Positions 1 through 10,315 of a stretch of 64,000 bases of DNA are shown here, piece after piece. The position numbers were made by a program, and so were the translations under genes. The notes under the pieces were generated by a model that did not search any database, was not told where the DNA came from, and saw nothing but the letters and a program-made list of their open reading frames with translations. Numbering within the stretch: the stretch's first letter is position 1; each line of letters starts with the position of its first letter. The stretch comes from Candidatus Bathyarchaeota archaeon (GTDB lineage Archaea > Thermoproteota > Bathyarchaeia > Bathyarchaeales > Bathycorpusculaceae). The stretch covers positions 101,745 through 165,744 of the forward strand of contig CAVYRJ010000004.1 in assembly GCA_963770935.1 (NCBI GenBank). The letters run 5' to 3'.

Positions 1-182
1 ATGTTGGTGTTATCTGGATTTTGCTGCACTGTCCCATTAGTTAAAATTGGAGGTGTTAAAAAGGCAGATCTGCTATGCGAAGTGAAGGGTATAATACCAG
101 TGCTAATTATAGCAACTGTTGCTATGATCGCTACAAGTTTCCACTTGTATGTAAAAGGAATTAGATACTCCTCCCTTCTCAT
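1..182 (-). CDS. 5' part of a putative secreted/membrane-anchored protein (runs off the window edge)
   Basis: Own translation from ATG at 182: MRREEYLIPFTYKWKLVAIIATVAIISTGIIPFTSHSRSAFLTPPILTNGTVQQNPDNTN..., open to the edge, with a hydrophobic signal-like segment; same strand as the upstream beta-helix gene. Confidence 0.5.
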   Translation of the reverse strand, partial: MRREEYLIPFTYKWKLVAIIATVAIISTGIIPFTSHSRSAFLTPPILTNGTVQQNPDNTN

Positions 183-486
183 TATTAATTAAAAGGTTTG
201 TGACTTTTAAAGATGAACTAATCTGATGCCTTATTGAACACTAAGGTATCCGCATCTAATTTTAAGCAGGCATTTAAATAAAAAGTAGTCAAGTCATTTA
301 TTCGATGCTAAGCAATCGATTTTTACTAATAAATATTAAAGCTTCTCAAAATCAAGAATGTAGTTTAATCGAAACATCAACTAATTCAAATTGTATATCA
401 TCAATTTGTTTGATGTTTAGACACAGGCTTATCTTGTACGTATTGAATTGAAAATTAAGTGTTGATCCTTTGACTTAAGGATTTTC

Positions 487-2223
487 TTACGACAAGTTTA
501 GGGTTGCAGTCCACATGACATATTGGGGAGTCTCAACTTCAGCTCCATTGCTATAAAACATCACAACATAAAATCGAGTGGTCTCAATTTGGTAAGCCCA
601 AGCATCAATAACACGTCCATTTCCTGTCACTGAAACATGAACGACAGGTCCCTGCGGAAAAGTGACACCGAAATCTATCCAACTGCTACTGGTAGTTAAG
701 GTCGTTTTGGAAATCTGCATTATTCGACCTGTATTGCCAGTCCCAACATAGTTAATTTTCACTACCCCAGCCGGGTTGATATTTCCATTTACTTCACAGC
801 CTTCTTCCGTCGCGATTATCGTTACGGTAGCAGGAGCTCCGCTGAAATAATTATTAGTAAAGATAGTGCTAGTGGGTAGTGTTAAGGTAGTGTCGCCGCA
901 AACGGCAAATTTGTTATCTCTGAATATGTTTCCCCAAGGTTTAGTTTCGGGCGATAGTTCTGTTCTAAACTCGATGAATGGCGCTGTTGTGTTGAGTAGC
1001 CAGGGTTCAAAGTAGCATTTAGAAAAGGTGTTGCCTTCAGGTACTAGTCCTGGGTTAGTTGTGATGAGTTGCACTTGTCCGTTGCAGTTGTTTTCAATTT
1101 CTGCGCCTTCAAAGATTTCATTTGAAGCTGAGCCCTCGATTAGAACTCCCCATTGTAGGTTTGTGACTATTGAGCCGCCATAGAATGTGTTGTGTGCAAC
1201 GGTGTTATCGCCTGGATTACGTTTTATGTGAACGCCAATGTTATTGTCGTGGCTCATCAGACTGTAAAAATTGTTGAAAATGGTAGCTCCTGAGGCGGAG
1301 GATTTGATGTATACTCCCGCGTTATAGTTTTGGATAGCCAGGTTATAGCTTACAAATCTTGAGGTACTGCTTAATGTTAAACCGTTATTCGCGTATCCAG
1401 TACCAATTAGCTGCAAGTTGCTGATCTCTTGGTGATAACTTTCGATTGTATTAGCAACGGTTATGCCGTGTGTAAATTGTAGGATTGTTCCTAGCCCTTC
1501 GCCAATGAGTCTAATGTTTCTGTAAGAAAGGTTAAGGGATGTGCCGATATAGGTGCCATTTTTCACAAAAACAATTCCATCTCCTTCTGCGCAAGCTGAG
1601 GAGAATACATAACTAGCATCCGTTGAATTGAAAGCTATGCTACCGTCAGTGCCGTTCTTTGCATAATAGTTATTTTCACTTTTGTAGATCAAGTAGCTGT
1701 AGGGTTGCTGCGGGTTGGTTAGGGATGTTGTGTTGCCCCAACTATTAATCAATGCCTTAATGCTTCCGTCCCAATTGGACTTGTAGGCCATTGTAGTATA
1801 AGCATCGATAATTTGTTGAACTGTCATTTTTAACTGGGTGTTTTCCCATTTTCCTGAGACTGAGTTATAATGCAAGATGTCCCCGTTGGATACGCATGCG
1901 AATGTTACATCAGTCAATTTAGCCAATGTAGATGTGGGTTGGGAGCAATTAGCATTTTGCCATCTTTCGGCTGTAGCATTCCAGATGAGCAATTGCCCAT
2001 TTTTAAGGCCTAACAATTCAACATCTGCTAGGTTTGCAATTGTGTTGTTGCTGGTTATGTAATTGGCAGGTGTGCTTTGTGCAATAGGATCCGCAGGAAG
2101 GTTGGATTGTGACTCGATCAGGAAAATGTTTCCTTGAGCATCAACAAGTAATGCAAAAGATAGAGCGCATAAGAAAAAAATAATTATGAATCGTTTAAAG
2201 TAAAAGTTTCTTTTTTCTTTCAA
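487..2223 (-). CDS. Secreted right-handed beta-helix (pectate lyase/tailspike-like) protein
   Basis: 578 aa; N-terminal signal; two LxDV...NGxxLxxNxxxxxWxN repeats; VFVKNGTY...IRLIGEGLGTIL beta-helix cap followed by Asn/Gly-rich repeats. Confidence 0.7.
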   Translation of the reverse strand: MKEKRNFYFKRFIIIFFLCALSFALLVDAQGNIFLIESQSNLPADPIAQSTPANYITSNNTIANLADVELLGLKNGQLLIWNATAERWQNANCSQPTSTLAKLTDVTFACVSNGDILHYNSVSGKWENTQLKMTVQQIIDAYTTMAYKSNWDGSIKALINSWGNTTSLTNPQQPYSYLIYKSENNYYAKNGTDGSIAFNSTDASYVFSSACAEGDGIVFVKNGTYIGTSLNLSYRNIRLIGEGLGTILQFTHGITVANTIESYHQEISNLQLIGTGYANNGLTLSSTSRFVSYNLAIQNYNAGVYIKSSASGATIFNNFYSLMSHDNNIGVHIKRNPGDNTVAHNTFYGGSIVTNLQWGVLIEGSASNEIFEGAEIENNCNGQVQLITTNPGLVPEGNTFSKCYFEPWLLNTTAPFIEFRTELSPETKPWGNIFRDNKFAVCGDTTLTLPTSTIFTNNYFSGAPATVTIIATEEGCEVNGNINPAGVVKINYVGTGNTGRIMQISKTTLTTSSSWIDFGVTFPQGPVVHVSVTGNGRVIDAWAYQIETTRFYVVMFYSNGAEVETPQYVMWTATLNLS

Positions 2224-2829
2224 TTTGGCGCCTTCTTGTAATATAGCAAATCCTGATAGTACTGATTATTAAGACTTATTTATCAATAATCAATAGTTAA
2301 GGTGTAGGCTGCCAGGGGTATGTATGTGATAATCCAACTGGCAGTCCCAGAAGAAAAATTGGTCATTCTCACCATTCTTAGCCAGCATAGGTGGAGAAAA
2401 AAATTGAATCACCTTGAGCCCAACTCTATTTAAGGAATTATTATTATTCTACGTAAGCAGATGTAAAGAAAACCAATTTACAACTGCTTGATACAAGCTT
2501 CCAAGGAAGTTTAGAGAAAGATACGCCAGAAGCGTTAAAAATACCGCTCCAGTAGCTTGCATCTTCTACTATCACAAAAAAATAATACCTCATTTCTGAC
2601 TGTTTAACACCCTTAACCGAAAACCAAAAACAGAAATAAGCCACCCAGCCACGTCTGACAATAAATACCACAGTCGAAAACCGATCCAAAACCAATAGTA
2701 AAGTTGAACACAAAACATTCAACTTACACACAAACACAACATACTTCTCTTTTACTAAACCAAAAGTGATAAACGACACTTAATCAACATCAATTAACTT
2801 AAAACAATACATTAGATTGGGAAACGAAG

Positions 2830-4407
2830 ATGTCTAAGGCTACAGAGATGGCAAGGGTTTCAGCGAAAGGCGGCTTTCACCTACTCTGGGGTCTAGTACT
2901 ATCCACATTGATATCGGCTGTTGGAACAATAATTATCGCTAGACTTCTGGGACCAGATAACATGGGTTTATACGCAATTGCTCTTGCAGCACCTAACTTA
3001 ATTGCTACATTCCGAGATTGGGGGGTAACTACAGCTATGATAAAGTATTCTGCTGAACATAATAACGAAAATGATGTGGCAAAAGTCAGAAGCGTTTTTG
3101 TTTCTGGAATAGCCTTCGAAATAATTGTCGGTTCGGCTCTTTCCGTGTTGTCTCTGATTCTTTCAGGTTTTCTAGCTGGATTCTATGGGCGCCCAGCTAT
3201 TGTTCAGTTAATCCAGATTGCTTCACTTTCGATTTTAACTGCTGCCTTGGTTAACGCAGCAACTTCAGCTTTCACAGGTCTAGAAAAAATGCATTTGAAC
3301 AGTATAATGTTAATTGTTCAATCAATAGTGAAGACCGGTATGATTCTTTTGCTTGTAGTTTTGGGTTTAGGTACGCTTGGCGCTGTTGTTGGTTTTTCAG
3401 TTGGGGTGATAGTTGCTGGGGTTACTGGGGTGTTGCTTGTTTATGCAATGTATCAATCATTGCCTAAGCCAACTAATGGAAAATTAGAGTTTACAAAAAC
3501 AACAAAGACCATGCTCAAGTATGGGTTGCCATTATCAATAGGGGCTATTTTGGCTGGGTTTCTTACCCAATTCTATAGCACTGTCACGTTTATTTTCGTT
3601 ACTGACAATTCATTAATTGGCAATCACTCAGTGGCTACCAACTTCGTTGTTCTAATCACATTCTTTGCTACCCCAGTGACAACCATGTTGTTTCCTGCCT
3701 TTTCAAAGTTGGATGCCAATAAAGACAGGGAGGTTCTCAAAAACGTTTTTCAATATTCAGTAAAATATGCTGCTCTTATTGTTGTACCAGTTACAGCGAT
3801 GGTAATGGCTTTAGCACAACCTGCTATTGGAACCATTTTCGATGATAAGTATGTCCAAGCACCACTTTACCTTGCATTGTTATCGGTGACTTACCTTTTG
3901 TCTGCTTTTGGCAGCTTAAGCACTGGTAACCTAATAAACGGTCAAGGATACACTAAATATAACCTAAAATTAACACTACTCACTGTAACAATTGGTTTTC
4001 CATTAAGTTTTATCTTAATTTCTCAGTTCGGCATAATTGGCTTAATAGTTACATCGATAATTGTTGGGCTTCCAAGTTTCTTTTTGAGCCTTCGTTTTAT
4101 TAAAAAGAATTTTGGTGTTTCTTTAGATTGGGTTTCTTCTGCTAAAATTTTATTCTCTTCAGGGGCGGCAGCAATTTTAACTTATCTTGCAATTATTTGG
4201 ATGCCGTTTAGCAATCCAATTCTATTAATCTTGGGTGTGTTAATTTTCGCGATTTCTTTTCTACTTTTAGCAGTGATAACCCGAACTATAAACAAGACTG
4301 ATTTAGGTAACATTCATGAAATTGTTAATGCATTAGGGCCTCTTCGAAAACCATTGTTTATTGTGCTTAATTTAATCGAGAGGTTAATTGATACTTTTCA
4401 GAAATAA
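2830..4407 (+). CDS. Oligosaccharide flippase (Wzx/RfbX, MATE-like)
   Basis: 525-aa polytopic membrane protein, IIARLLGPDNMGLY motif, next to rfb genes. Confidence 0.88.
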   Translation: MSKATEMARVSAKGGFHLLWGLVLSTLISAVGTIIIARLLGPDNMGLYAIALAAPNLIATFRDWGVTTAMIKYSAEHNNENDVAKVRSVFVSGIAFEIIVGSALSVLSLILSGFLAGFYGRPAIVQLIQIASLSILTAALVNAATSAFTGLEKMHLNSIMLIVQSIVKTGMILLLVVLGLGTLGAVVGFSVGVIVAGVTGVLLVYAMYQSLPKPTNGKLEFTKTTKTMLKYGLPLSIGAILAGFLTQFYSTVTFIFVTDNSLIGNHSVATNFVVLITFFATPVTTMLFPAFSKLDANKDREVLKNVFQYSVKYAALIVVPVTAMVMALAQPAIGTIFDDKYVQAPLYLALLSVTYLLSAFGSLSTGNLINGQGYTKYNLKLTLLTVTIGFPLSFILISQFGIIGLIVTSIIVGLPSFFLSLRFIKKNFGVSLDWVSSAKILFSSGAAAILTYLAIIWMPFSNPILLILGVLIFAISFLLLAVITRTINKTDLGNIHEIVNALGPLRKPLFIVLNLIERLIDTFQK

Positions 4408-4465
4408 TTGAGTCCTTAAAAAAAGGACATTTAGATTGATCTTTTTTAGGAAAAGAGAAATGGGT

Positions 4466-4672
4466 TCACTGTGAAATTTCGATTAAGTATTGGTTTGATC
4501 CAAAGTACTCTCCGGTGTGGTGGCTTAATTTTCTGTATTTGCCGCAGTAGTTTCCCCCGGTATGTGTGCATGTATAGCTTGCGTTTGAATACAGGCTACA
4601 TGAACGAGAGAATTTGCATTTTGCTTTTCGATAAATCAAAGAAGACATTAACATGTCTCTAGATTTTTTCAT
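4466..4672 (-). CDS. Small Cys-rich hypothetical protein
   Basis: 68 aa with four spaced Cys (CKFSRSC...C...YCGKY); fills the gap between flippase and rfbA. Confidence 0.5.
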   Translation of the reverse strand: MKKSRDMLMSSLIYRKAKCKFSRSCSLYSNASYTCTHTGGNYCGKYRKLSHHTGEYFGSNQYLIEISQ

Positions 4673-4839
4673 ATTTTCTCGCCTATTCTTAGTAGATGAG
4701 GGCTCGATACTTTATTATTAGATTATTTGTTAATAGTATTATGTGGTTGTAACTGCACAACAACAACCGATTGGTGAAATATTGTTTAATAAGTTAAGGG
4801 CAAATCATACTATAACAAAGGCATTAGAGAGGGATTGAT

Positions 4840-5898
4840 TTGAAAGCTCTTGTTCTCAGCGGCGGAAAAGGCACCCGGCTCAGACCTTTAACTTTTACCT
4901 GCGCAAAACAACTTATTCCTGTAGCCAACAAACCCATTTTAGGTTACGTTCTTGACCAAGTCGCGGCAACCAACATAAAAAAAGTAGGCATAATCACGGC
5001 ACCGGAGACCGGTCAATTTGTTGAAGATTACGTTAAGGATGGTTCAAGCTGGAACCTTAATGTTTGTTATATTCCTCAAGAACCGCTCGGTTTGGCACAT
5101 GCAGTTAAGACAGCTAGGCGTTTTTTGCGTCAAGATTCTTTTATTATGTGTTTAGGCGATAACGTGACAGGTCAAGGCTTGGAATCGTTTGTCAAGAAAT
5201 TTAATAATGGGCACCTTGACGCGCTTATTATTCTCAAAGAGGTTGAGAATCCCTCAGCCTTTGGCATTGCGCAGTTGGATGACAAAGGCAATATAGTGAG
5301 GCTTGCGGAAAAGCCTAAGACACCGATGGGCAATTTAGCAATTATCGGAACTTACCTGTTCTCCAAAAAAGTCCATGAGGCTATAGAACGAATCAAGCCA
5401 TCTTGGCGTGGCGAACTAGAAATTACCGACGCCATCCAAGAAATGATTAATATGGGCTTCTCTGTAAAAGCTGAAATATTAGATTCTTGGTGGCTTGACA
5501 CAGGCAAAAAAGACGACATCTTATCCGCCAACGCCAAAATACTCGATGAGTACATTGAGTTGGACGTGAAAGGAACTGTAACCAACAGTACAATTGATGG
5601 TCGGGTTAAAGTCGCGCCTGACGCAAAAATAATAAATAGCACTATCAGGGGACCGTGCATCATTGGAAAGAACACTTATATTGAAAACTCGTTTATCGGA
5701 CCTTACTCAAGCATCGGCGACAACTCTAAAATTATTTGCTCAAACATCCAGTACTGTGTTATACAGGACAGTGTAACCATTAAAGACATCGAACGCCTTG
5801 AAGACAGTTTAATCGGCAAAAACGCTAAGGTAAACCGTAACGAAAGGAACCGAACCATAAAGCTACATGTGGGCGATTACTCAGAAATAGAAGTTTGA
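4840..5898 (+). CDS. rfbA: Glucose-1-phosphate thymidylyltransferase, long form
   Basis: GGKGTRLRPLT, KQLIPVANKP, RGELEITDA motifs; C-terminal left-handed beta-helix. Confidence 0.93.
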   Translation: MKALVLSGGKGTRLRPLTFTCAKQLIPVANKPILGYVLDQVAATNIKKVGIITAPETGQFVEDYVKDGSSWNLNVCYIPQEPLGLAHAVKTARRFLRQDSFIMCLGDNVTGQGLESFVKKFNNGHLDALIILKEVENPSAFGIAQLDDKGNIVRLAEKPKTPMGNLAIIGTYLFSKKVHEAIERIKPSWRGELEITDAIQEMINMGFSVKAEILDSWWLDTGKKDDILSANAKILDEYIELDVKGTVTNSTIDGRVKVAPDAKIINSTIRGPCIIGKNTYIENSFIGPYSSIGDNSKIICSNIQYCVIQDSVTIKDIERLEDSLIGKNAKVNRNERNRTIKLHVGDYSEIEV

Positions 5899-5966
5899 CG
5901 GCCGAAAATAGGAACCATTATAAAGTTTTTTAAACGATATGTCTGAATGTAAACAAGGAATCGCTT

Positions 5967-6470
5967 ATGTTACAAGGGATAAAAATTAGGCCAATACGTC
6001 GTTTTCCCGACGAGAGAGGCTTCTTCTCAGAAGTTATGCGTAAGGATTGGAAGGACCTTTTCGGAGAAGACACAGTTGCTCAAGCAAACTTGTCATTTAC
6101 ATATCCTGATGTTGTTCGTGCTTGGCACAGACACGTAAAGGGGCAAACCGATTACTTTTTGGCACTTAGAGGCATGATTAAAATTTGCGCTTTCAACGAT
6201 GAGACACAGGAAGTTAATGAGGTTATTTCAAGCGGCTTTGATTTGCAGGTTGTTCGGATGCCCGGGAATTACTGGCATGGCTTTAAAGCGCTCGGAAATG
6301 AACCCGCTATGCTGCTGTATTTCACCACTAACCTGTATGATCCTGAGAACCCTGACGAGGAGCGTCGACCTTGGAATGACCCAACACTTATTCCAAAAAT
6401 CGTTAATGGCAATAAGAATGATACGCGTATTGGTAAACCTTGGGATTGGAATTTTCCCCCCCACAAGTGA
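5967..6470 (+). CDS. rfbC: dTDP-4-dehydrorhamnose 3,5-epimerase
   Basis: DERGFFSE, VRAWHRH, WHGFKAL cupin motifs. Confidence 0.9.
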   Translation: MLQGIKIRPIRRFPDERGFFSEVMRKDWKDLFGEDTVAQANLSFTYPDVVRAWHRHVKGQTDYFLALRGMIKICAFNDETQEVNEVISSGFDLQVVRMPGNYWHGFKALGNEPAMLLYFTTNLYDPENPDEERRPWNDPTLIPKIVNGNKNDTRIGKPWDWNFPPHK

Positions 6471-6476
6471 TGAAAT

Positions 6477-7484
6477 ATGAAACTGTTAGTTACTGGTGGT
6501 TTAGGATTTATCGGAAGCAACTTCTGCAGGCTAATGCTTGCTAAACACCCTGACTATGAATTGATAAATGTAGACAAAATTGGCATAGGAGCTAACCCGT
6601 CGAATTTGCATGATATCGAGAATGATAAGCGGTACACTTTCATTAAGGGCGATATTTGTAACCCGCTACTCATGAACCGTTTGGTTCATCAAGTGGATGC
6701 GGTTGTGAATATTGCGGCGGAAACGCATGTTGACCGAAGCATCTCTGACCCTAATGTGTTCCTGCAGAACAACACTGTTGGCACCTTCACGATTTTGGAA
6801 GCCATCCGAAAGCATAATCATAAAGCTAGGCTTTTGCAAGTCTCTACAGACGAGGTTTACGGTGAAGCCCTCGAAGGCTCATTTACGGAAAACACCTCGC
6901 CTAAACCTTCTAATCCTTACTCAGCTGCCAAAGCCGCCGCCGACATGTTCGTGCTGTCTTACCACAGAACTTATGGTTTAAACGTATCAATAACCCGGTG
7001 CACCAACAATTTCGGACCCTACCAGCTTCCTGAAAAATTAATTCCCAAAACAGTCATCCGCGCTTTAAGGGACCTACCAATTCCAATTTATGGTAAAGGT
7101 ACAAACATTCGCGACTGGATATACGTTCAAGACCATTGTGAAGCTCTAAACACAGTGCTTGAAAAGGGCAAACCGGGAGAAATCTATAATGTTTCTGCAG
7201 GAAACGAGATTGCAAACATTGAAATCGTTAAGAAAATTATCTGCTTGCTGAATAAACCAGAGAGCCTGATCACCTACGTTGAAGACCGACCCGGCCATGA
7301 CACACGCTACAGTTTAGATTCTGCAAAAACCAGAAATGAACTGGGTTGGAAGCCAAAGTTCAGCTTTGAGAAGTCTATAGAGTCGACAGTTAAATGGTAT
7401 CTTGACAACGAGCACTGGTGGACACCGTTTGCAACCGAAGTTATTTTGCATCCGACACCATGGAAATTCGGTGGCATTCATTGA
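6477..7484 (+). CDS. rfbB: dTDP-glucose 4,6-dehydratase
   Basis: GGLGFIGS, AAETHVDRS, STDEVYG, YSAAK, DRPGHD motifs. Confidence 0.95.
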   Translation: MKLLVTGGLGFIGSNFCRLMLAKHPDYELINVDKIGIGANPSNLHDIENDKRYTFIKGDICNPLLMNRLVHQVDAVVNIAAETHVDRSISDPNVFLQNNTVGTFTILEAIRKHNHKARLLQVSTDEVYGEALEGSFTENTSPKPSNPYSAAKAAADMFVLSYHRTYGLNVSITRCTNNFGPYQLPEKLIPKTVIRALRDLPIPIYGKGTNIRDWIYVQDHCEALNTVLEKGKPGEIYNVSAGNEIANIEIVKKIICLLNKPESLITYVEDRPGHDTRYSLDSAKTRNELGWKPKFSFEKSIESTVKWYLDNEHWWTPFATEVILHPTPWKFGGIH

Positions 7485-8392
7485 GGCTTCTAATTACAGG
7501 TGCAAGTGGTCTTTACGGTTCAAGACTAGCTCAGCTGGCGCTTGCGAAGAACTTTGAAGTCTATTCATCGGATATTCAGAGCTTAACAGTTTACGGCACC
7601 TTCGTTAAGTTAGATATTTCTGAGAGAGCACAGGTTGTAGAAGCCTTCAAAAACATAAAGCCTGATGTGGTAGTTCACGCTGCAAGCTTAACCGATGTAG
7701 ACAAATGCGAACTGAACAAAGCGCTCGCCTGGAAAGTCAACGTCGACGGCACCAAAAATATAGTTGAATCAACAGAAAAAACGGGTTCTTTTCTAATCTA
7801 CATATCCACTGATTACGTATTTAGCGGCGAGAAAGGTTGCTACGTGGAATCTGATGCATGTGACCCGGCAAACTATTACGGGTTAACCAAGCTTTTAGCC
7901 GAAGAAATCGTCCAAACCCAAGCCGAATACTTCATAGCGCGTCCCAGCGTCATCTATGGTTCTACTCCTGCAGCAGGAAAAGTTAACTTCGCCCTATGGC
8001 TCATCGAAACCCTCCGAAAACGTGAACGTGTAAAAATTATTACTGACCAATGGAACACCCCTACACTCAACACTAATTTAGCTGAAATGACCTTGGAAGT
8101 TATTGAGCGTAGGTTAACCGGAACCTATCACTTGAGTGGTGCCACACGTGTTAGCCGAGTTGAATTTGCTGAGCAAATCGCTGATGAGTTTGGCTTGGAT
8201 AAGGGCTTGATTGATTCTGTTTCGTCTTCAGATTTTACTTGGCCAGCTAGACGTCCAATGGATTCGTCACTTGATACCTCTAAAGCAAAGAAGACTTTAA
8301 AGAATAAGCCGCTCGAGATGGGTGAAGCGGTGGAAAGGTTGAGGGTTGAGCTCTCAGGAAAAGGTGCTCAACATAGCAAAACTGTTATTTAA
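7481..8392 (+). CDS. rfbD: dTDP-4-dehydrorhamnose reductase
   Basis: TGASGLYG, STDYVFSG, YGLTK, ARRP motifs; TTG start at 7481 overlapping the rfbB stop. Confidence 0.92.
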   Translation: MRLLITGASGLYGSRLAQLALAKNFEVYSSDIQSLTVYGTFVKLDISERAQVVEAFKNIKPDVVVHAASLTDVDKCELNKALAWKVNVDGTKNIVESTEKTGSFLIYISTDYVFSGEKGCYVESDACDPANYYGLTKLLAEEIVQTQAEYFIARPSVIYGSTPAAGKVNFALWLIETLRKRERVKIITDQWNTPTLNTNLAEMTLEVIERRLTGTYHLSGATRVSRVEFAEQIADEFGLDKGLIDSVSSSDFTWPARRPMDSSLDTSKAKKTLKNKPLEMGEAVERLRVELSGKGAQHSKTVI

Positions 8393-8421
8393 TTGAACTT
8401 AACCCTTGACATGTTTGGTAA

Positions 8422-8787
8422 TTGATGAAACAACAAACCAATATTAAGCAAATTGCGCGGCAACGCATTCAAATTCTCTTCGAGCAAGCCAAAAAGATTG
8501 CCAAATCGAACCCTAAATTAGCAACACAATATGTTTTGTCGGCAAGAAAGATTGCCATGGCCGCTAGAATTAGGTTGCCTGCTGAATTCAGGCGTGAAAC
8601 CTGCAAAGAATGTAATGCCTTGTTTGTGCATGGTGTCAATTGCCGTGTTAGGGTAAAGCAGAAAAGGGAGCCTCACGTTTTAGTAACATGTTTAAACTGC
8701 GGCAACCAGACTCGTATGCTGTTAAGAGAGAAAAAGGAGCACAGAGAACTTGAGCAAGATAACTACTCGAATGAAGCGCCACGTTAG
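8422..8787 (+). CDS. rnp4: RNase P protein component 4 (Rpp21)
   Basis: IARQRIQILF N-terminus; CKEC...CLNCG zinc ribbon; conserved position before yhbY. Confidence 0.9.
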   Translation: MMKQQTNIKQIARQRIQILFEQAKKIAKSNPKLATQYVLSARKIAMAARIRLPAEFRRETCKECNALFVHGVNCRVRVKQKREPHVLVTCLNCGNQTRMLLREKKEHRELEQDNYSNEAPR

Positions 8788-9052
8788 GCACGTTTTGAAA
8801 GATGAGAACCCGACGATTTGGGTTGGCAAAGACGGTTTGACGCCGCAGTTGGCTAGTGAAATTGAGAAGCAACTTCAAAGAAACAAGATGGTTAAGGTCA
8901 GAATTTTGCCAGCTGCAATGCAGGGAGAAGTTTCGGCTCAGGTTATTGCGGCTAACGCTGCTGAGCAAACTAACGCTGCACTGGTTGAAGTCCGCGGTCA
9001 CGTGTTCATTCTATTCCGAAAACGAAGAACGGAAGAACCAGAGCAGCCATAA
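8750..9052 (+). CDS. YhbY/CRM-domain RNA-binding protein
   Basis: PTIWVGKDG...VKVRI...RGHVFILFR. Confidence 0.88.
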   Translation: MSKITTRMKRHVRHVLKDENPTIWVGKDGLTPQLASEIEKQLQRNKMVKVRILPAAMQGEVSAQVIAANAAEQTNAALVEVRGHVFILFRKRRTEEPEQP

Positions 9053-9339
9053 ACAAGGTAGAGTTATTCTCTGTTAACGGGCTTTGGTGTTGCGATTAGG
9101 AACTAGTATGTGCTCAGTTTGTTGCACTTGCCTAAAGACAATGAGTATGCCGGCAGACCTTTATGGGTGTAAGCGTCGCGCTCACTCACGTAAGAAATCA
9201 AGCGAAATCCAACTATTGAACCTAAACATAAGTGGCTTATAGAAAAAAGGGACTGCAAAAGTATGCTTGGTTGTTCAGAGAATATTTATATTAGGCTTCA
9301 TTGTTTAACTGCAAGGAAAAACCAAAGGATAAGAGCAAC

Positions 9340-9804
9340 TTGACGACTCCTCATGACGTTCCAGCTTCAAAATTTATCGATAGATTAGCAAAGTATCTTA
9401 GGGAAAACGTTGATGAAGTTCAGCCTCTTCCATGGGCAACTTTCGCTAAAACAGGCATGCATGTTGAGAAGCAGCCTCAGAACCCTAACTGGTGGTACAC
9501 CAGAAGCGCATCAGTTCTACGCAAAGTATACATTTATGGTCCAATCGGACTCGAAAAATTACGTTCTGAATATGGCGGCAGAAAGAACAGAGGCAGCAAA
9601 CCTGACCGCGTGAAAAAAGCTGGTGGAAGCGGCATCCGCAAAGCACTACAACAGCTTGAAACAGCGGGTTTAATCCAGATTACAAAGCCTAAAGGAAGAA
9701 CCATGACTCCTAAAGGACGAAAGCTTCTCCAAGAGGTTGCTGGAGACTTATCGAAAGAAATAGTTAAAACTGTCCCTGAGCTCAAGAAGTATCAAGGCGA
9801 ATAG
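9340..9804 (+). CDS. rps19e: 30S ribosomal protein S19e
   Basis: WWYTRSASVLRKVY, IRKALQQLE; likely TTG start at 9340. Confidence 0.95.
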   Translation: MTTPHDVPASKFIDRLAKYLRENVDEVQPLPWATFAKTGMHVEKQPQNPNWWYTRSASVLRKVYIYGPIGLEKLRSEYGGRKNRGSKPDRVKKAGGSGIRKALQQLETAGLIQITKPKGRTMTPKGRKLLQEVAGDLSKEIVKTVPELKKYQGE

Positions 9805-10139
9805 TGACAATGTCCGATGACGAGCTTGACCAAATCCGCAAACGAAAACTTTTGTCGATGCAACATCGCATGAGTGATGAGCAAAGGCAAGCTCAAGCAG
9901 AACAGCAGATGGAAGATCAAAAACAGGCGTTGCTCAGCAAGATATTGGCGCCTGAAGCTCGGCAAAGGCTAAATAACCTGAAAATGGTTAGGAAAGAGTT
10001 TGCTGAGAATATCGAGATGCAGCTGATTGAGATGGCGCAAACTGGAAAGTTGCCCATTCCACTGTCAGATGCACAGCTCAAACAGATCCTAGTTCAGCTT
10101 CAATCACGGAAGCGAGAGACAAAAATCAGAAGGATATAG
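9804..10139 (+). CDS. PDCD5-like dsDNA-binding protein
   Basis: DDELDQIRKRKL, LAPEARQRLNNL; conserved position after rps19e. Confidence 0.9.
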   Translation: MTMSDDELDQIRKRKLLSMQHRMSDEQRQAQAEQQMEDQKQALLSKILAPEARQRLNNLKMVRKEFAENIEMQLIEMAQTGKLPIPLSDAQLKQILVQLQSRKRETKIRRI

Positions 10140-10141
10140 AA

Positions 10142-10300
10142 ATGGCAAGAGTTAAACCAATAGGAAAAAAACTCAGATTAGCCAAAGCTGGCAAAGAATC
10201 ACAGTCTGTTCCAACATGGGTAATCGCCAGAACTGATGGTAAAGTTAGGAATAATCCTAAGCAGAGACGCAACTGGAGAACAAGAAAAATAAAGGCATAG
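10142..10300 (+). CDS. rpl39e: 50S ribosomal protein L39e (missing from the ORF track)
   Basis: Own translation MARVKPIGKKLRLAKAGKESQSVPTWVIARTDGKVRNNPKQRRNWRTRKIKA*. Confidence 0.93.
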   Translation: MARVKPIGKKLRLAKAGKESQSVPTWVIARTDGKVRNNPKQRRNWRTRKIKA

Positions 10301-10315
10301 GAGAATTAGATCGCA

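Noticed and set aside
1-192. Plus-strand 63-aa ORF from the track
   Set aside because: Likely the shadow of a minus-strand reading frame with a signal-like N-terminus
2444-2779. 111-aa Phe/Val-rich minus-strand ORF
   Set aside because: Arises from an A/C-skewed intergenic tract; no recognisable motif
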